A stretch of DNA of 64,000 nucleotides from Octopus sinensis (GCF_006345805.1 NC_043003.1:2108001-2172000); one strand, 5' to 3'; counted from the stretch's first letter, positions 26,802 through 40,100 are shown. Program-made: numbers and translations. Notes: generated from the sequence alone by a model not told the origin.

Positions 26802-27265
26802 CTAGTAGAAAAATTCAACAAAGAGGGGGTCAAAGTCTGTGAGACAGCTGCTCAATCTGGAGAGCATGGTGTTCTCCAAAAGAAATTTGTTCATATGCTT
26901 GCATTTACAGGAAATTTCACATCTCAAATTAAGTGGTGCAGTGGAATTCTTAGATCTAAAAAGTGTGTACGATCTTTCAGCAATATGTAATCTGCATTTC
27001 TTAGATCCATTACATATGACATAGATTTCTCTCCAATTTTCCACTTGATTGCATGTAGCATTCAGTTGATCTTCAAACCACAGATGAGGCTTTTCTTTTG
27101 CCATTGTCCAGGAAAGATGGTTTGCATATCTTTTGAAAATGCCTTTGCATAACCAGATGTAGCTTTTCTTTACTGTTAGGTTATCTTGAAGTGTTGCTGT
27201 AACATCTGCCTCATACATACCTGGTCAAGTGGACAAGCTTCAGGGTTTTGACATTTTCAACTTGG
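26802..27265 (-). mobile_element. Penelope-like element GIY-YIG endonuclease remnant
   Basis: ACPLDQVC / YEADVT...KSYIWLCKGIFKRYANH...NGSKKCRL...LNLRCEISCKCKHMNKFLL matches the Penelope-type GIY-YIG C-terminal domain (CPL-G-C, YIG-to-YIW decay, FK-RY-NH, LN-R-E-x-x-x-C-H). Confidence 0.75.
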
Positions 27266-29196
27266 AGTGGGCTCTTGATGAGGTTTGCAAGTTATAATGT
27301 TCTTTATAGTAGCAGATGTATCATATTTCAATTGAGCATCTGTTAAAAAAAATATTCCTGTATTTATGGTTTACTGGGAAATGCTAATCTAAAAGAGGCA
27401 GGAATTTCATGCCTATGTTAGTTTTAACACTTAGGAAGTAGGTGGGAATCATATTATTTTCCTAGGTCTATTTTTATGATTAGTATTTTTACTTGAAAGG
27501 TTGTAATATCTTAAATATAAGATAAATTATCAAACTTCATTCAACTTACAAAAATACAGGATATCCAGTTGTAGAAACCATTCCAAAGCAGACATGGAAC
27601 AGATGCTGTCCTTGGGCCTATTGGATCCTGTGAAATCATCCAGCCCCTTACCAGCATGGAACATGGAGATGAAATATGATGATGAAATGTAAGTTTTGAA
27701 GAACAAGTGTGGAAAGAAAAGTCAGAATGATAATGACTAGAATGTCTTTGACCACAGGTCTGTTTGGTAAGAAGGGATCACATGGATTAAATAACAGCCA
27801 AAAGAAAAAAAACAAGAGAAAATTAGATATATATTAAGAAAATTTTATTTTTACTATAATATATATATATATATAAAAAACAATTATATAAAAATGTCGA
27901 AGGAGGCACAATTTCCTTTTAATGATATCAAAAAGAGTTTCAAAGAATTTAGCACCAATAACTGAACTGAAGGCAACAAACTTCATTCTGTCCATTTTAC
28001 CATTTTCATTTAATGTGAAGAGAATCATGAATTTATTACAAAATGTTGACACCAAAGAAGAAAAAAAATATTCTCATTAAATTCTTCAGTTCATGCTTAA
28101 ACAAAGATGATCAAAAACAGATAAAATTTAATTAAAAAAAAAAAAAATTAAACATTTTTATACATCGTTATTAGTTACTGTAATAATTTATGAAACCTCA
28201 CAATGAATGTAGTTGTGAATAAATAAACAACTTATATATTTACATATTTCAATTAATTAAAGTGAAGACGTGTTTTTCAAAACTCATTAGTGACAGTTTC
28301 AGATGAAATAATTTTAAAAAATAATAAATATTTCACAATATTTTGTTTTTGTATTTGGTTTGCAAGATTCGTAATGTGAACTCATTTGAAGAAACAAATT
28401 TTGTTGTATCTTGGGAGGGTCATTATGCCAATAATAAGCACATGCACTGGTTTCACTTCTTTTCGTGTTTTTCATTAATTGGTTCACTATTTAAACAGTC
28501 AAGTAATCAACTGTCTGATTACTTGTTCAGTGAAGTAATCTATTAAGGCCTTTTCCCCACTGTTTGCAATCTCTTTAATGACATGTCTTCTCTAATCCAC
28601 ATCAGCTTTAAGTCTGTCTGTGTGTCTTGATTAATTGATTAACCAATTAATCAATTGACTAATAAATAATAAGGAAGTGAAATAGAGCCAGTATGTGTGT
28701 GTGTGTTTATCACTGGCATAGTGACTCTCTTAAGCTAAATCAAAATTATTCTAGATTTTTTGAAAAAAAAAGAAAAGAAAATGACTGGAAACAAATTATT
28801 GGTGAGCGCAAGCAGAATAAAGACAGCTTCCTAAAGCAGTAAATCACTACAAAATCAGAATAAATAAATGGAATCCAGGAATAATAATGATATCAGTACA
28901 ACCCCTGTAATGTTTAATAAAGACAATGTGTTTGAAATGGGCAGGATTTCAGTGCCAAATTTCACACCCCTATCATTATTAATATGTGAAAACAATAATA
29001 GGAGAGTATGATCTTGCAGTTTCTCCCCTTATTTCCTTAATTTCAACTTCAAGCTACTAATCCCACCAAATGTTATGAAGAAATGCTTATCTCCCTTGTA
29101 TTAACTGTCTGATAGCATACATCAGGTATGTGTGTGAATAACACATATATGCCCTCATTTTAACATCTACTTTTCCATGCTTGCATGGGTCTCTCT

Positions 29197-29293
<97 letters not shown>

Positions 29294-29815
29294 ACACACA
29301 CATACATTTGTTACATCAAAGTCTTCTTAATTTTAATGTATTGGAGAATTACAATCATTATTGCTAAGCCTGTACAGCATGGACGGAAAAATCATATTGG
29401 TTATTATTTTGAGCAGTTTGATTTGGCCCCATGCAACTTTAATTTTCATAGGATTCCTCAAGGAACCTAGCTTGTTGGGCTACTCACTACTTTGTATACA
29501 TAGCAAACCTGGGCACCAAACCGTTAAGCCATTAATTGTTAATAAGCGAAGTTAAAATTTTTGTTAACTTTTCAATTAAGAGTGGCCATCTTTGATATAT
29601 TGTATGGGTGAGTGGACAAACAAAACCTAGCCGGACAAGCTAGGCTTTGTTTGTCCACTCACCACTCACTATATATATATATATATATATATATTACAAA
29701 TATAGGGTGAAAAATTATTAATTTAATAAAATCAACAAATTTTACCTAGTAGTTTTTTGGTATGGAAAAAGACCATATTCGGTAAAAACTTATACATAAA
29801 GTTTTTTTACGTATA

Positions 29816-29962
29816 ATTATAACAATAAGGGTTTAGCGACAAGTTACCTGACCACATACCGAAAATTTTAGAAATAGCAGCCAAAGTAGTCTTTTGGTTG
29901 CTATTTCTAAAATTTTCGGTATATGGTCAGGCAACTTGTTGCTAAACCCTTATTGTTATAAT
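29816..29962. repeat. Fold-back palindrome (~70-bp arms, 7-nt loop)
   Basis: attataacaataagggtttagc...agcagccaaa / tttggttgct...gctaaacccttattgttataat. Confidence 0.93.
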
Positions 29963-30321
29963 CTTTATATATAAAAGTGAGGTTGTGTATCTGTTTCCTA
30001 CGATTTAGATTCCTAACTAATCCCACATTTTGCGGTGCAGTTTAACCAAAACCGGGTATCTTATAGTCGTGATTCATATCGAGCCCTTCTCTACGATGAG
30101 TTTACGATTTAAAAAAAAATTTACCATAATTTTTTCGCTATTATATAAGGGAAGTAACTCTCTAAAAATGTCTACGAAGAGTCAACGATTTAAAAAAAAT
30201 TTACCATAATTTTTTTTCCATTTTTAATGCATTTTTTTGCTATTTTTTGGCTATAACTCTCTAAAAATGCTTATATAGTTATTTCCCTTACAAACCCGAG
30301 CAACGCCGGGCGATACTGCTA

Positions 30322-30322
<1 letters not shown>
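29962..30322 (+). mobile_element. Non-autonomous Helitron (same family as 9111-9614, different interior)
   Basis: A|TC start, same 5' block (gatttagattcctaact...), same 3' hairpin and CTAG|T end; internal duplication of acgatttaaaaaaaatttaccataatttt. Confidence 0.8.
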
Positions 30323-30358
<36 letters not shown>

Positions 30359-33300
30359 CACACACGCACAAAGTAGTGAGTGGTATGTGACTGTCTGGGT
30401 GATATTGGACAACAGAGAGGAAAGTCCCAACAAAACAAAATGCTCAGACCAGATGAGGAGGAGGAAAAGAAAAATTAAGATGAACAAGAGAGAGGGAGAG
30501 GGAGAGAGAGAGAGTGAGGTGCAATAGAGGAAAAGGAAGAGAAGAAAAGAAAGCAAGAAGGACAATCTGAATGCAGCAGAGTGTTTAGAAGAAGACAGAG
30601 ACACAGGGTGTATAATTAGAAGGAGAGTGGGTGGGTGGCTTCTGGCAAATGAGCCAAAAGGAGAGGATGCTGCCACCCTGCTAGAAATAGCAGCTAAATC
30701 TCCTGGAATCTACATTTGGCTATCTTAGAAAAGAAAACTAAGACATACTAGATAAAGTGGTTCTCTGTGCACTATGCTAAGAGAGAAAACAGGATGGTCA
30801 TGGATGGAATGCCTTGATTAGCATAGACTTAGGTATAAACAAGAACAACATACATAAAAGCCCTTATATGAGCTCTTGGTACCTTAACTTTTCATTTGTT
30901 TCAGTCATTGGACTGTGGCCATGCTGGGGCACCACTGTGAAGGGTTTTCATTGAACAAATTAACCTCAGGAGTCTGCTACTTATTCTATCAAGAACTTTT
31001 GCTGAACCACTAAGTTACAAGGGTGTAAACAAAGCGACACCAGTGGTCAACAGGTGGATGAATGACAAACAGACACACACATACATGATGGGCTTCCACA
31101 CAGTTTCCAACTATCAAATTCACTCACAAGGCATTGGTTGATCTGGGGCCGTAGTAGATGTTTGCCCTGGGTACCACATAAAGGGGTATTTCACTTTATA
31201 TAAAATATATTGATGTAGAATAGAAATAATCTAAAACAATAAAGCTTTTTTTTTTTTTAAATAAAGTGAATAGGACGAACAAACCAGAGGCTTAACACCT
31301 TGTATTATACTCACCTGTATACACAAGATACACACCTGAAATCTTGTATGTTGATTTCGGGGTGGGGTGGGAAATGCGTGTGTGTTATATAAGGTATTGT
31401 TATGGGATTTACACATCAACATCAACAGATGAATGTAAAACAAACACAAAACTGAGAGGAAATGAGAGATTATTCAGTAGGGTTCTTTTCTACTCTGGGC
31501 ACAAGCCCCGAAATTTTTGGAGAGGGTGCAGTCGATTAGATCGACCCCAGTATGCAACTGGTACCTTATTTATCGACCCGACAGGATGAAAGGTAAAATC
31601 GACCACGGCGGAATTTGAACTTAGAATGTAAAGACAGACGAAATACCGCTAAGCATTTCGCCCGGTGTGCTAACGTTTCTGCCAGCTCACAGCCTTAAAA
31701 TAGTTATACTCTTTTCTACTCTAGGCACAGGGCCCCAAAATTTGGGGGAGGGAGCCAGTCAATTAGATTGACCCCAGTATACAACTGGTACTTAATTTCT
31801 CGACCCTGAAAGGATGAAAGGTAAAGTCGACCTCAGCGGAATTTGAACTTAGAATGTAAAGACAGAAGAAATACCACGAAGCATTTCGCTCAGTGTGCTA
31901 ACGTTTCTGCCAGTTTGCTGCTTTATAAGTAAGGTTGAGCTACAAGTGGGTGCATATGAAATATATGGGAGCCTTCTACTATAGCCTCAGGCTGGTCAAA
32001 GTCTGGAGTGGATTTGGTAGATGGAAACTGAAAGAAGCATGTTGCTTGTATGTGTTTGTCCCACACAATTGGTGTTCGTGTGTTCTCATTCCTGCAACTT
32101 AGTGATTGGGCAAAAGAGACTGACAGAGTAAGAGGCAGGCTTAAACTAGCGATAAGTCCTGGGGTTGATTTATTTGACTAAAATAACTTCAAGGTGACAT
32201 CCCAGTATGGCCACAGTCTTATGACTGAAACAAGTAAAAGAATAAAAGATCATAGCACAAGGCAGTGCCCCAGCATGGCCACAAAGAAAAGAAGCAGAAA
32301 CAAGAAGTTAACCCTTTAGCATTCAGATTATTCTAAGGCTTATTTAGTCAAATTGTAGTTTCAAGATTTAGACGAATTGATTGTATATTTGTAGAATGAC
32401 ATTGTAGGGTAGGTGTGAGAGGATGGATCTGGTCACTTTGAATCTAAAACAGGAAAAACATTTGGACTGGATACGGTTGATTTAAATGCTAAAAGAGGAA
32501 AGACTCGGATGAGTGAAATCAGGAAAAGAAAAAAATGGAGGGAAGAAGGAATATGGAATGAAAGAAAAGCATTAACCCTTTTGGTACCAACCTGACCGAA
32601 ACCGGTTCTGGTTCTGTAGTACAAATGTCTTGTTTTCGTAAGTTTGGAATTAAAATCCTCCAGCAAACCTGTCACAATTTATGTTCCTAACACTAGCTTA
32701 ATTATTACTAAGTTATTTTACTAAAGTCTTTGTTATATTTAAACTTAATTGAAAGAAACACAGAGCATCTCAACAGAAATGTGGTAAAGAAAGGGTTTGA
32801 TAATTTTTCACAACCATCTTTGAGACGGGATACAACACCAAGATGTAACTGAACCATTCAGATATTTGAATCTGTTGGCCTTGTGTATACAGCTTTCCTC
32901 TCAGAGAATTACCTGTACCTGTTATCAGCCCTAGGACATGTGACGATAGGGCTTCACCCAGTTTCCACAGTGAATGAGATTATGATACTCCTTCCTCTGA
33001 TCAGGATGCTAGTCCATCACAGGATTAACTTCCCAGCTGTTACTGGAACAATAAGTCTTTTACTCAAAAACACAAAGCACTGTCCAGCTTGGGGATTGAA
33101 ACCAAGATTTCATGATTGTAATTGCAACACCCTAACCATTAGGCCACCTGCCTTCACTCTCAGAGAATTATGTGTAGAACATTGACCTTTCAGTGTGTAC
33201 ACAGCTGCCTGCACACAACCAGTGAAAATGCTTTTATGTAATTGCATATAGTGCTAGAAATAGCAGCCAATTTTCTCAAAATTCATACCCTCAGACAACG

Positions 33301-34519
33301 AGGTGTTAGATATATATATATATAAAGCAAAATGGTGACCACTTGGGTGGACACTGTCCTCAGTCAAGTCTGTTCAATCAAGACAAACGTTGGGTAAAAC
33401 AACTAATTTAACCCATTCCATAAACTTCATTCTGAGCCTAGAAGTGAAGACATTTCCGTAAAATCACTTCCTCTCATCTTAAGAAAAGAAAGAATACATT
33501 AAATGTGCTAGAATCTTTAATCAAAAGACATATGATGTCCTTACACTGCCTATTCTACCATCATTATAAGCACCTTTGCTTTTAAAAGCTACCAAGTCCC
33601 ACACCATTTCCACCCCAAACTCCAGCAGACACCCACACGTTAACCACTCTTCTCAATCCTTAACCTTCTGGAATTCCATCCCAGTCCACATTTGTGCAGC
33701 AGATGTTGGCTGACATATGTCCAAGCTCAACATCAACTAAATCGATGCCATCAATCTCAGGGATTCTGTGAAAGTCATGGACACTGTCCACACCTCTAGA
33801 TCGAACTTTTAAAAATAAATCAAACTTTTGCCTGTCCAAAGCATTTTCATAAGTTAGCCCCAAATGTCCAAGCTTGTTTTCAGACTTTTAGGGAGTCCTC
33901 GTTTCATACATTCTGAGCAACAAAAAGCATTCCTTTCACAATTCCCAACTTACTCTCGTGACTGAAAAAAACAATTGGGAATTGTGTATTACACCTGATA
34001 CACGGATGCCCTGGGTATCATATGTGATACACAGAACAAGCAAAGGGTTTAAACCCGACCCCCAACCCACTAGGTATGATCAAAGACTTTCGTTAGCTTG
34101 CAGCGCTGAGCAAAAATTCTTGTTTGGCTTAATGAAAAGATGAAAAGCACCAGTAATATTTTATCCAAGATACACTAAAAAGATGCTTCCAAAATTCACC
34201 CAAAAATGAAGACAATGAAAATATTCTTTGAATTGGTAACAAGCAGAGTTCTTTGTATTTTGGGTAACAAATACAGGCTTAGATCTCAAGAAAACTGCAC
34301 ACACACAGAGTAAAATCATTGAATTGAGGTCAGAGGAGTCGAAACAAACTCCCCCCCTCCCCAGCATTTATAATTTTGATAAGCAATATAAAAATAAAAC
34401 ATGATTTCTTAAGCAGAATATAATGTCCAGTTTTTAGGGTAAGGTGGCACTTGCAGTTTCTTAAAACAGAGGAACCTCAGTTTACCAACAATTTTCAAAC
34501 ATATAAAAAGGTATCAGGT

Positions 34520-34723
34520 GATGACAGGTACCTCGAGTAACGAAGATGACATGTACCTCGAGTAACGAAGATGACATGTACCTCGAGTAACGAAGATGAC
34601 AGGTACCTCGAGTAACGAAGATGACATGTACCTCGAGTAACGAAGATGACATGTACCTCGAGTAACGAAGATGACATGTACCTCGAGTAACGAAAATGAC
34701 ATGTACCTCGAGTAGCGAAGATG
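34520..34723. repeat. 25-bp minisatellite, 8 copies
   Basis: Unit GATGACA(T/G)GTACCTCGAGTAACGAA repeated head-to-tail with no spacers. Confidence 0.97.
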
Positions 34724-35323
34724 CAACAATGGTTGGCAAAAGGCTGGGAGTTATCAGCAAGAGAGCATCGGTCGGTGTTTAGCTATCGCTCAGGGCACAT
34801 CCCTGTGTAAACTCACCATTCCTTGACTTGAATTTCCTATGGGAAAAATAGTTTTCGTTCACGAACATTTTGGGTGACAAACAGAGATTCCACAGTAAGT
34901 TGTTCCAATGAGAAATGTTGTCATCCAGTGTTCACAAGTTTACAGACAGATATTACAGATTTAAAAATAAATACAATATCAGAGATTCGCTCAGAGTCAA
35001 AAGAAAAATTGTAAAGTGCTGTCTTGGAGCCTCGGAATCATTGTGCCGGTTGCCTGGTTTCCACGAAGCAAAGGTGACCAAGATCACAAGAATCACCTCT
35101 GCATCGGATGCCAGTCCACCATCACACTCATTTGCAGAGCAAGGTGGAATGAAGGGCTTTGCTCAAGAACACACCACCCAGTCCAGGAATTGAAACCACT
35201 TTCTTGCAATCGCAAGTGCAACACCCTAACCACCAGGTCACACACCATTACAGATTTATTCATACACACAAAAAAAAAGGGTAAAATACTGACGTTGATT
35301 ATTAACTGCTACACGAATAAAAA

Positions 35324-35329
35324 TTTATT
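35324..35329 (-). promoter_or_regulatory. Candidate polyadenylation signal (AATAAA) for the bMERB gene
   Basis: TTTATT on + strand about 325 nt downstream of the stop codon; weak evidence in AT-rich DNA. Confidence 0.2.
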
Positions 35330-35654
35330 AAAAATATATTGATAATTTAATTGAAGCTGAGGTTACCTGTCATTAAATATAAAAAAAACTGTTGAGGGTA
35401 TTTTTGCGTAATATTTTAATCCTTTCACGTTTTTTTTGGCAAGACTTCTGAATAATTTTCTCAATGGGAAAATAAAGCTTTCTTCTTTGCAACGAGAGAA
35501 AAAAGTTTATACTTCTGTTTGTAGTGCTTCAATGAATATTTCTTCCAGAAGATAAGAAACCATGGAATAGCATTATGCATGTGGCAAGCTGGTGAGTCAT
35601 TGACAGATATATATATATATAAAGTGATGCGCTAGAAACACTACCAAGATGCAC

Positions 35655-35674
35655 TCAATCATCTTCTACAAAAC
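35655..35674 (-). CDS. bMERB-domain gene terminal coding exon (GFVEDD-stop)
   Basis: Strong acceptor tttttcttttatttttcag followed by GT TTT GTA GAA GAT GAT TGA. The phase-1 join gives ...MLSKKGFVEDD*, similar to the MLSKGF end of MICAL3 as recalled. Confidence 0.75.
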
Positions 35675-36686
35675 CTGAAAAATAAAAGAAAAAGCAAAAA
35701 TATATACATGCTGTGCTTGAGGAGACCTATTGAGTCAAGTACATCAACATCAAAATAAATATCAAATGGAAATTGTAGTTCTGATACCTGTGCCAGTGGC
35801 ACGTAAAAAGCACCAACTGATCGGGGCTGCTGCCAGCCTCCCCTGGCACCTGTGCCGGTGGCACGTAAAAAGCACCCACTACACTTGCGGAGTGGTTGGC
35901 GTTAGGAAGGGAATCCAGCTGTAGAAACACTGCCAGATCAGACTGGAGCCTGGTGCAGCCTTCTGGCTTCCCAGACCCATCCAACCCATGCTAGCATGGA
36001 AAACGGATGTTAAACAATGATGATGATGTGTTTGTGTATATATATCATTATCATTGTTTAACGTCTGGCATTATGTTGTGCTTGAGAAGAAGACCCATCA
36101 GGTCAATTTGCAGTCAAGGCAGACACTGGGGTCATGCAAATGGCACGTAAAAGGCACCCTCTACACTCTCGGAGTGGTTGGCATTAGGAAGGGCATCCAG
36201 CTGTGGATGACCATGCCAAATCACACTGGACTCTGGTGCAGCCTTCCAGTCTGCCAGCCTTGGTCAAACTGTCCAACCCATGCCAGCATGGACAACGGAT
36301 GTCAAATAATAATGATGATGCCTTTTATAAAGGACACGATATATTTATATATCAATTCCTCACTAATTAATGTCCATTTTCCCCACATTTGCATAGACCA
36401 GATTGCATTCATTTTATTGGTTGAGGTAGATTTTCTCCAGCCAGACGACCTCCATCTCACTAATTCTCACCTGTCTTCAAGGAAGGCAATATTTGCCAAC
36501 AAACCAGCAAAGATTTCATGAAACACTGCCACACAATGGGACTGAACTCAAGGCCACATGGTTGGGAAACAAGCTTCTTAACCTACAGAGCCATGCCTGC
36601 ACTTACACACACACACACACACACGTCAGTACAAATGCTATTGAATATCATTACAATGGAATATAAGAAAACAAAAGCCATTTTAC

Positions 36687-36733
36687 CTTTTTTTGAAAGC
36701 ATTTCCTGAATCCCTTCGTCTTCTTCTTGATAT
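36687..36733 (-). CDS. bMERB-domain gene penultimate coding exon
   Basis: Acceptor tttgattgttttag, donor G|gtaaaa. 47 nt, phase 2/1: (R)YQEEDEGIQEMLSKK, resembling the R-x-x-EED-x-x-x-x-x-M-L-x-K end of MICAL-family bMERB. Confidence 0.88.
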
Positions 36734-39381
36734 CTAAAACAATCAAACAAAAACGGTTTAGAAACTAAAAACACCTTTGCTGATTCACAATTAATCTAGG
36801 TCTTTTTTTCTTAGCATCAGAATTGCTCTTCTCCCATTTTTCAATGCCAACAGAAGTAACATGATGCGTTGGCAAATCTTGGACAAGTCCTTTTACTCGT
36901 TAACATAAGCACACGACTAAGATTTTACACAAAGAAGACATACTTGATCAAGCATTTCAGCTCAGAATTTAACAAGACGCTCTCAGAGTGGTTGGCGTTA
37001 GGAAGGGCATCCAGCTGTAGAAACTCTGCCAGACCAAGATTGAAGCCTGGTGCAGCCATCTGGTTTGCCAGCCCACAGTCAAACTGTCCAACCCATGCCA
37101 GCATGGAAAGCGGACGTTAAACGATGATGATGATGATGATGGTGAAAACAACCAGAAAACATTGTGTCAGTCTCTTTACATATTCTTTTACATCACTATC
37201 TTTTGGGATAATAATAACAATGATAATCTTTTCTACACTAGGCACAAGGCCCAAAATTTGCAGGGAGGGACCAAGTTGATTACACTGATCCCAGTGCTCA
37301 ACTGGTGCTTATTTCATTGACTCCCAAAAGGACAACAGGCGAAGTTGCCCATGGTGGAATTTGAACTCATGGACAAAATACTACTGAGCATTTTGCCTGG
37401 TATGCTAAAGATTTTGCTAGGGTTTGGGGTGTATCATGCAAGGCTAGAGATGGGAGCAATGACCTTCCCTCGCAAATACTAATCAGACACAGACAGTGTG
37501 TCGTTAGCCAGCTGGAGGAGATGTCTTCCTGGGGCTAAAAACAACAGTAATCTTGTCCTCTATGGGACCACCACATTTAGCTGGCAAATATATTTTACGA
37601 ATAATAATAATGATGTTTTCTTTATTAACCACTAAGGGTTCATCAAAAAATATTGGGGGTAGTACTGTTTTATTTAAAGAAAAGGGATAAAATTAAAAAT
37701 CAAGTACACAAATGATATTTATTTTGAACAATCGTTTTCAAACAATTTTCATGATACATAAAAACTTTAGTATCAATGGAATTCCAGTACAGACAGAATT
37801 GCAAACTGTGTTGTAACAAGCACCCCAAAATGGGTATCTACCCAAACATATGAACTTCTGCCCTACATTTGCTACCCATATACAATTACTAATATGTGAC
37901 CAACTAATACCCGGTAAAACCCAGTTAGTTTCGCTTCTCGACTACGAATCAAATTCCATACAAAATGTTACAAGAGTAAGTCATAAAAATGAGCTCAAGG
38001 CTCTTAGATTAACAATTTCGAATATTTATACTTCCCATGAGTTTCATCAAATAAACTAATAAATTAATTAATCTACTAATTTGTATAACTAGGGTCTCCC
38101 ACTTCCACGTCCTCCCTCTACTTTATGTGTATATCTATATATATAGGCACAGGAGTGGCTGTGTGGTAAGAAGCCTGCTTCCCAACCATGTGGTTCCAGG
38201 TTCAGTCCCACTGCATGGCATCTTGGGCAAGTGTCTTCTGCTATAGCTTTGGGCCGACCAAAGCCTTGTGAGTGGATTTGGTAGACGGAAACTGAAAGAA
38301 GCCCACTGTATGTGTGTGTGTGTGTATCTGTATGTGTGTGTTTGTCCCGTCATCACCACTGCTTGACAACGAGTGTTGGTGTATTTATGTCCCCTGTAAC
38401 TTAGCAACTCAGCAAAAGAGATTGATAGAATAAGTATGAGGCTTCAGGAAAATATTAAATTCTGGGGTCGATTCATTTGAGTAAAAATTCTTTCAAGGCA
38501 GTGCCCCAGCATGGCCACAGTCTAATGACTGAAACAAAGAAAAGAGAAAAGATACTTCCATGCATGTCGCATTTTTAAAAGACATATTCAACCTTCAAGA
38601 ATTATCCTCATCATTTAATGTCCATTTTCCATGCTGGCATGGGTTGGAGGGTCTGACAGGAGCCGGCAGGGCCAGGATCCACAACAAGCTCCACTGTCTC
38701 GTTGGATGCCCTTCCCAAACGTGGGCATCATTAGTTGAAAAGTTAACTTCATTGACCATTAATCTTTACTCTTTTACTTGTTTCAGTCATTTGACAGCGG
38801 CCATGCTGGAGCACCGCCTTTAGTTGAGCAAATCGACCCCAGGACTTATTCTTTGGAAGTCTAGTACTTATTCTGTCGGTGTCTTTTGCTGAACCGCTAA
38901 GTTACGGGGACGTAAACACACCAGTGTCGGTTGTCAAGCGATGTTGGGAGGACAAACACATATATATACATATATACGACAGGCTTCTTTCAGTTTCCGT
39001 CAACCAAATCTATTCACAAAGCTTTGGTCGGCCTGAGGCTATAGTAGAAGACACTTGCCCAAGGTACCACGCAGTGGGAATGAACCCAGAACCATGTAGT
39101 TGGTAAGCAAGCTACTTACCACACAGCCACTCTTGTGCCTATTAACGAAATCTGATTAATGGTTTGGTACCCAGGTTTGGCTCTTCCTAACACCAACGAC
39201 TTTATAGAGTACCCTGGGTGCTTTTTAGGTGGCACCAGCACCACTGCCTTTTTGGTGTTGGGGGATGAAATGTGGATGGGGGTAGATCCCCTATTGGACA
39301 AGCATTACCAAAGTGGTTTCAGGATAACCTTTCAAAATAAAGAATTCTCTCAATGCCAATAAAAGAAAGTTCCCCCTTTAC

Positions 39382-39493
39382 CTGAGCCTGTTCTCTTCAA
39401 TGGTTTCGACAATAACGTTGCGCTTGTTGACCACAGCAATTTTCTTTTTAATCAATTCTTTTTCTCGTTTTTTAATTTTTTTGGTTCGTTTGG
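39382..39493 (-). CDS. bMERB-domain gene internal exon
   Basis: Long pyrimidine tract then aatatgcag; donor AG|gtaaag. 112 nt, phase 1/2: (P)KRTKKIKKREKELIKKKIAVVNKRNVIVETIEENRL, matching the bMERB VV-x-KRN-x-IV-x-x-x-EE-x-RL motif. Confidence 0.9.
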
Positions 39494-39800
39494 CTGCATA
39501 TTAGGAATAGAAACAAACAAAAACAAAAAAAATGCAATTATTAATTAAAATTACTCTGCATTCACTTAATTGGATATACAAATTTTGAAGAACCAGTTTT
39601 AATACAAGAATGCAATTTATTTATAAAAAGACTTTTACATTTTAGCTCCAGTTTCAATGTTCCGTTTGAACTCTCTTCCTTGAACTTTCTGTTCTCTCTG
39701 TAGCAAAAAGGATCAAGTGTTTCTGCAGTTTACCAAAGAGTAGCAGAAATATTTTTGTTCTTTCAAGACACCCTCAATATAGTGATTATATGTATATGTA

Positions 39801-39840
<40 letters not shown>

Positions 39841-39844
<4 letters not shown>

Positions 39845-39971
39845 CTTTATTTAAAGCAGCAGAAAATTCAACAAAACCTGTTACTCTGAGTTTCCCGTTC
39901 CCGATGAACGGCAATGGGAAACTCAGAGTAACAGGTTTTGTTGAATTTTCTGCTGCTTTAAATAAAGCATA
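39841..39971. repeat. Fold-back palindrome (~59-bp arms)
   Basis: 39841-39899 is the near-perfect reverse complement of 39913-39971. Confidence 0.95.
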
Positions 39972-40036
39972 TTACTCTACCACTGGTATTTGAGTACTCT
40001 TTTTTCCACCTTGTTTCACATTTATGTGTTTACTCC

Positions 40037-40091
<55 letters not shown>

Positions 40092-40100
<9 letters not shown>

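Noticed and set aside
29738-29788. Minus-strand CCGAATA-TGGT...ACCA-AAAA-CTACTAGG-TA as a degenerate hammerhead
   Set aside because: Needs at least three corrections and stem I does not close; worth rechecking only against a family consensus.
34520-34723. Regular 25-bp repeats resembling a CRISPR array
   Set aside because: Units are head-to-tail with no unique spacers, there are no cas genes, and the context is eukaryotic.
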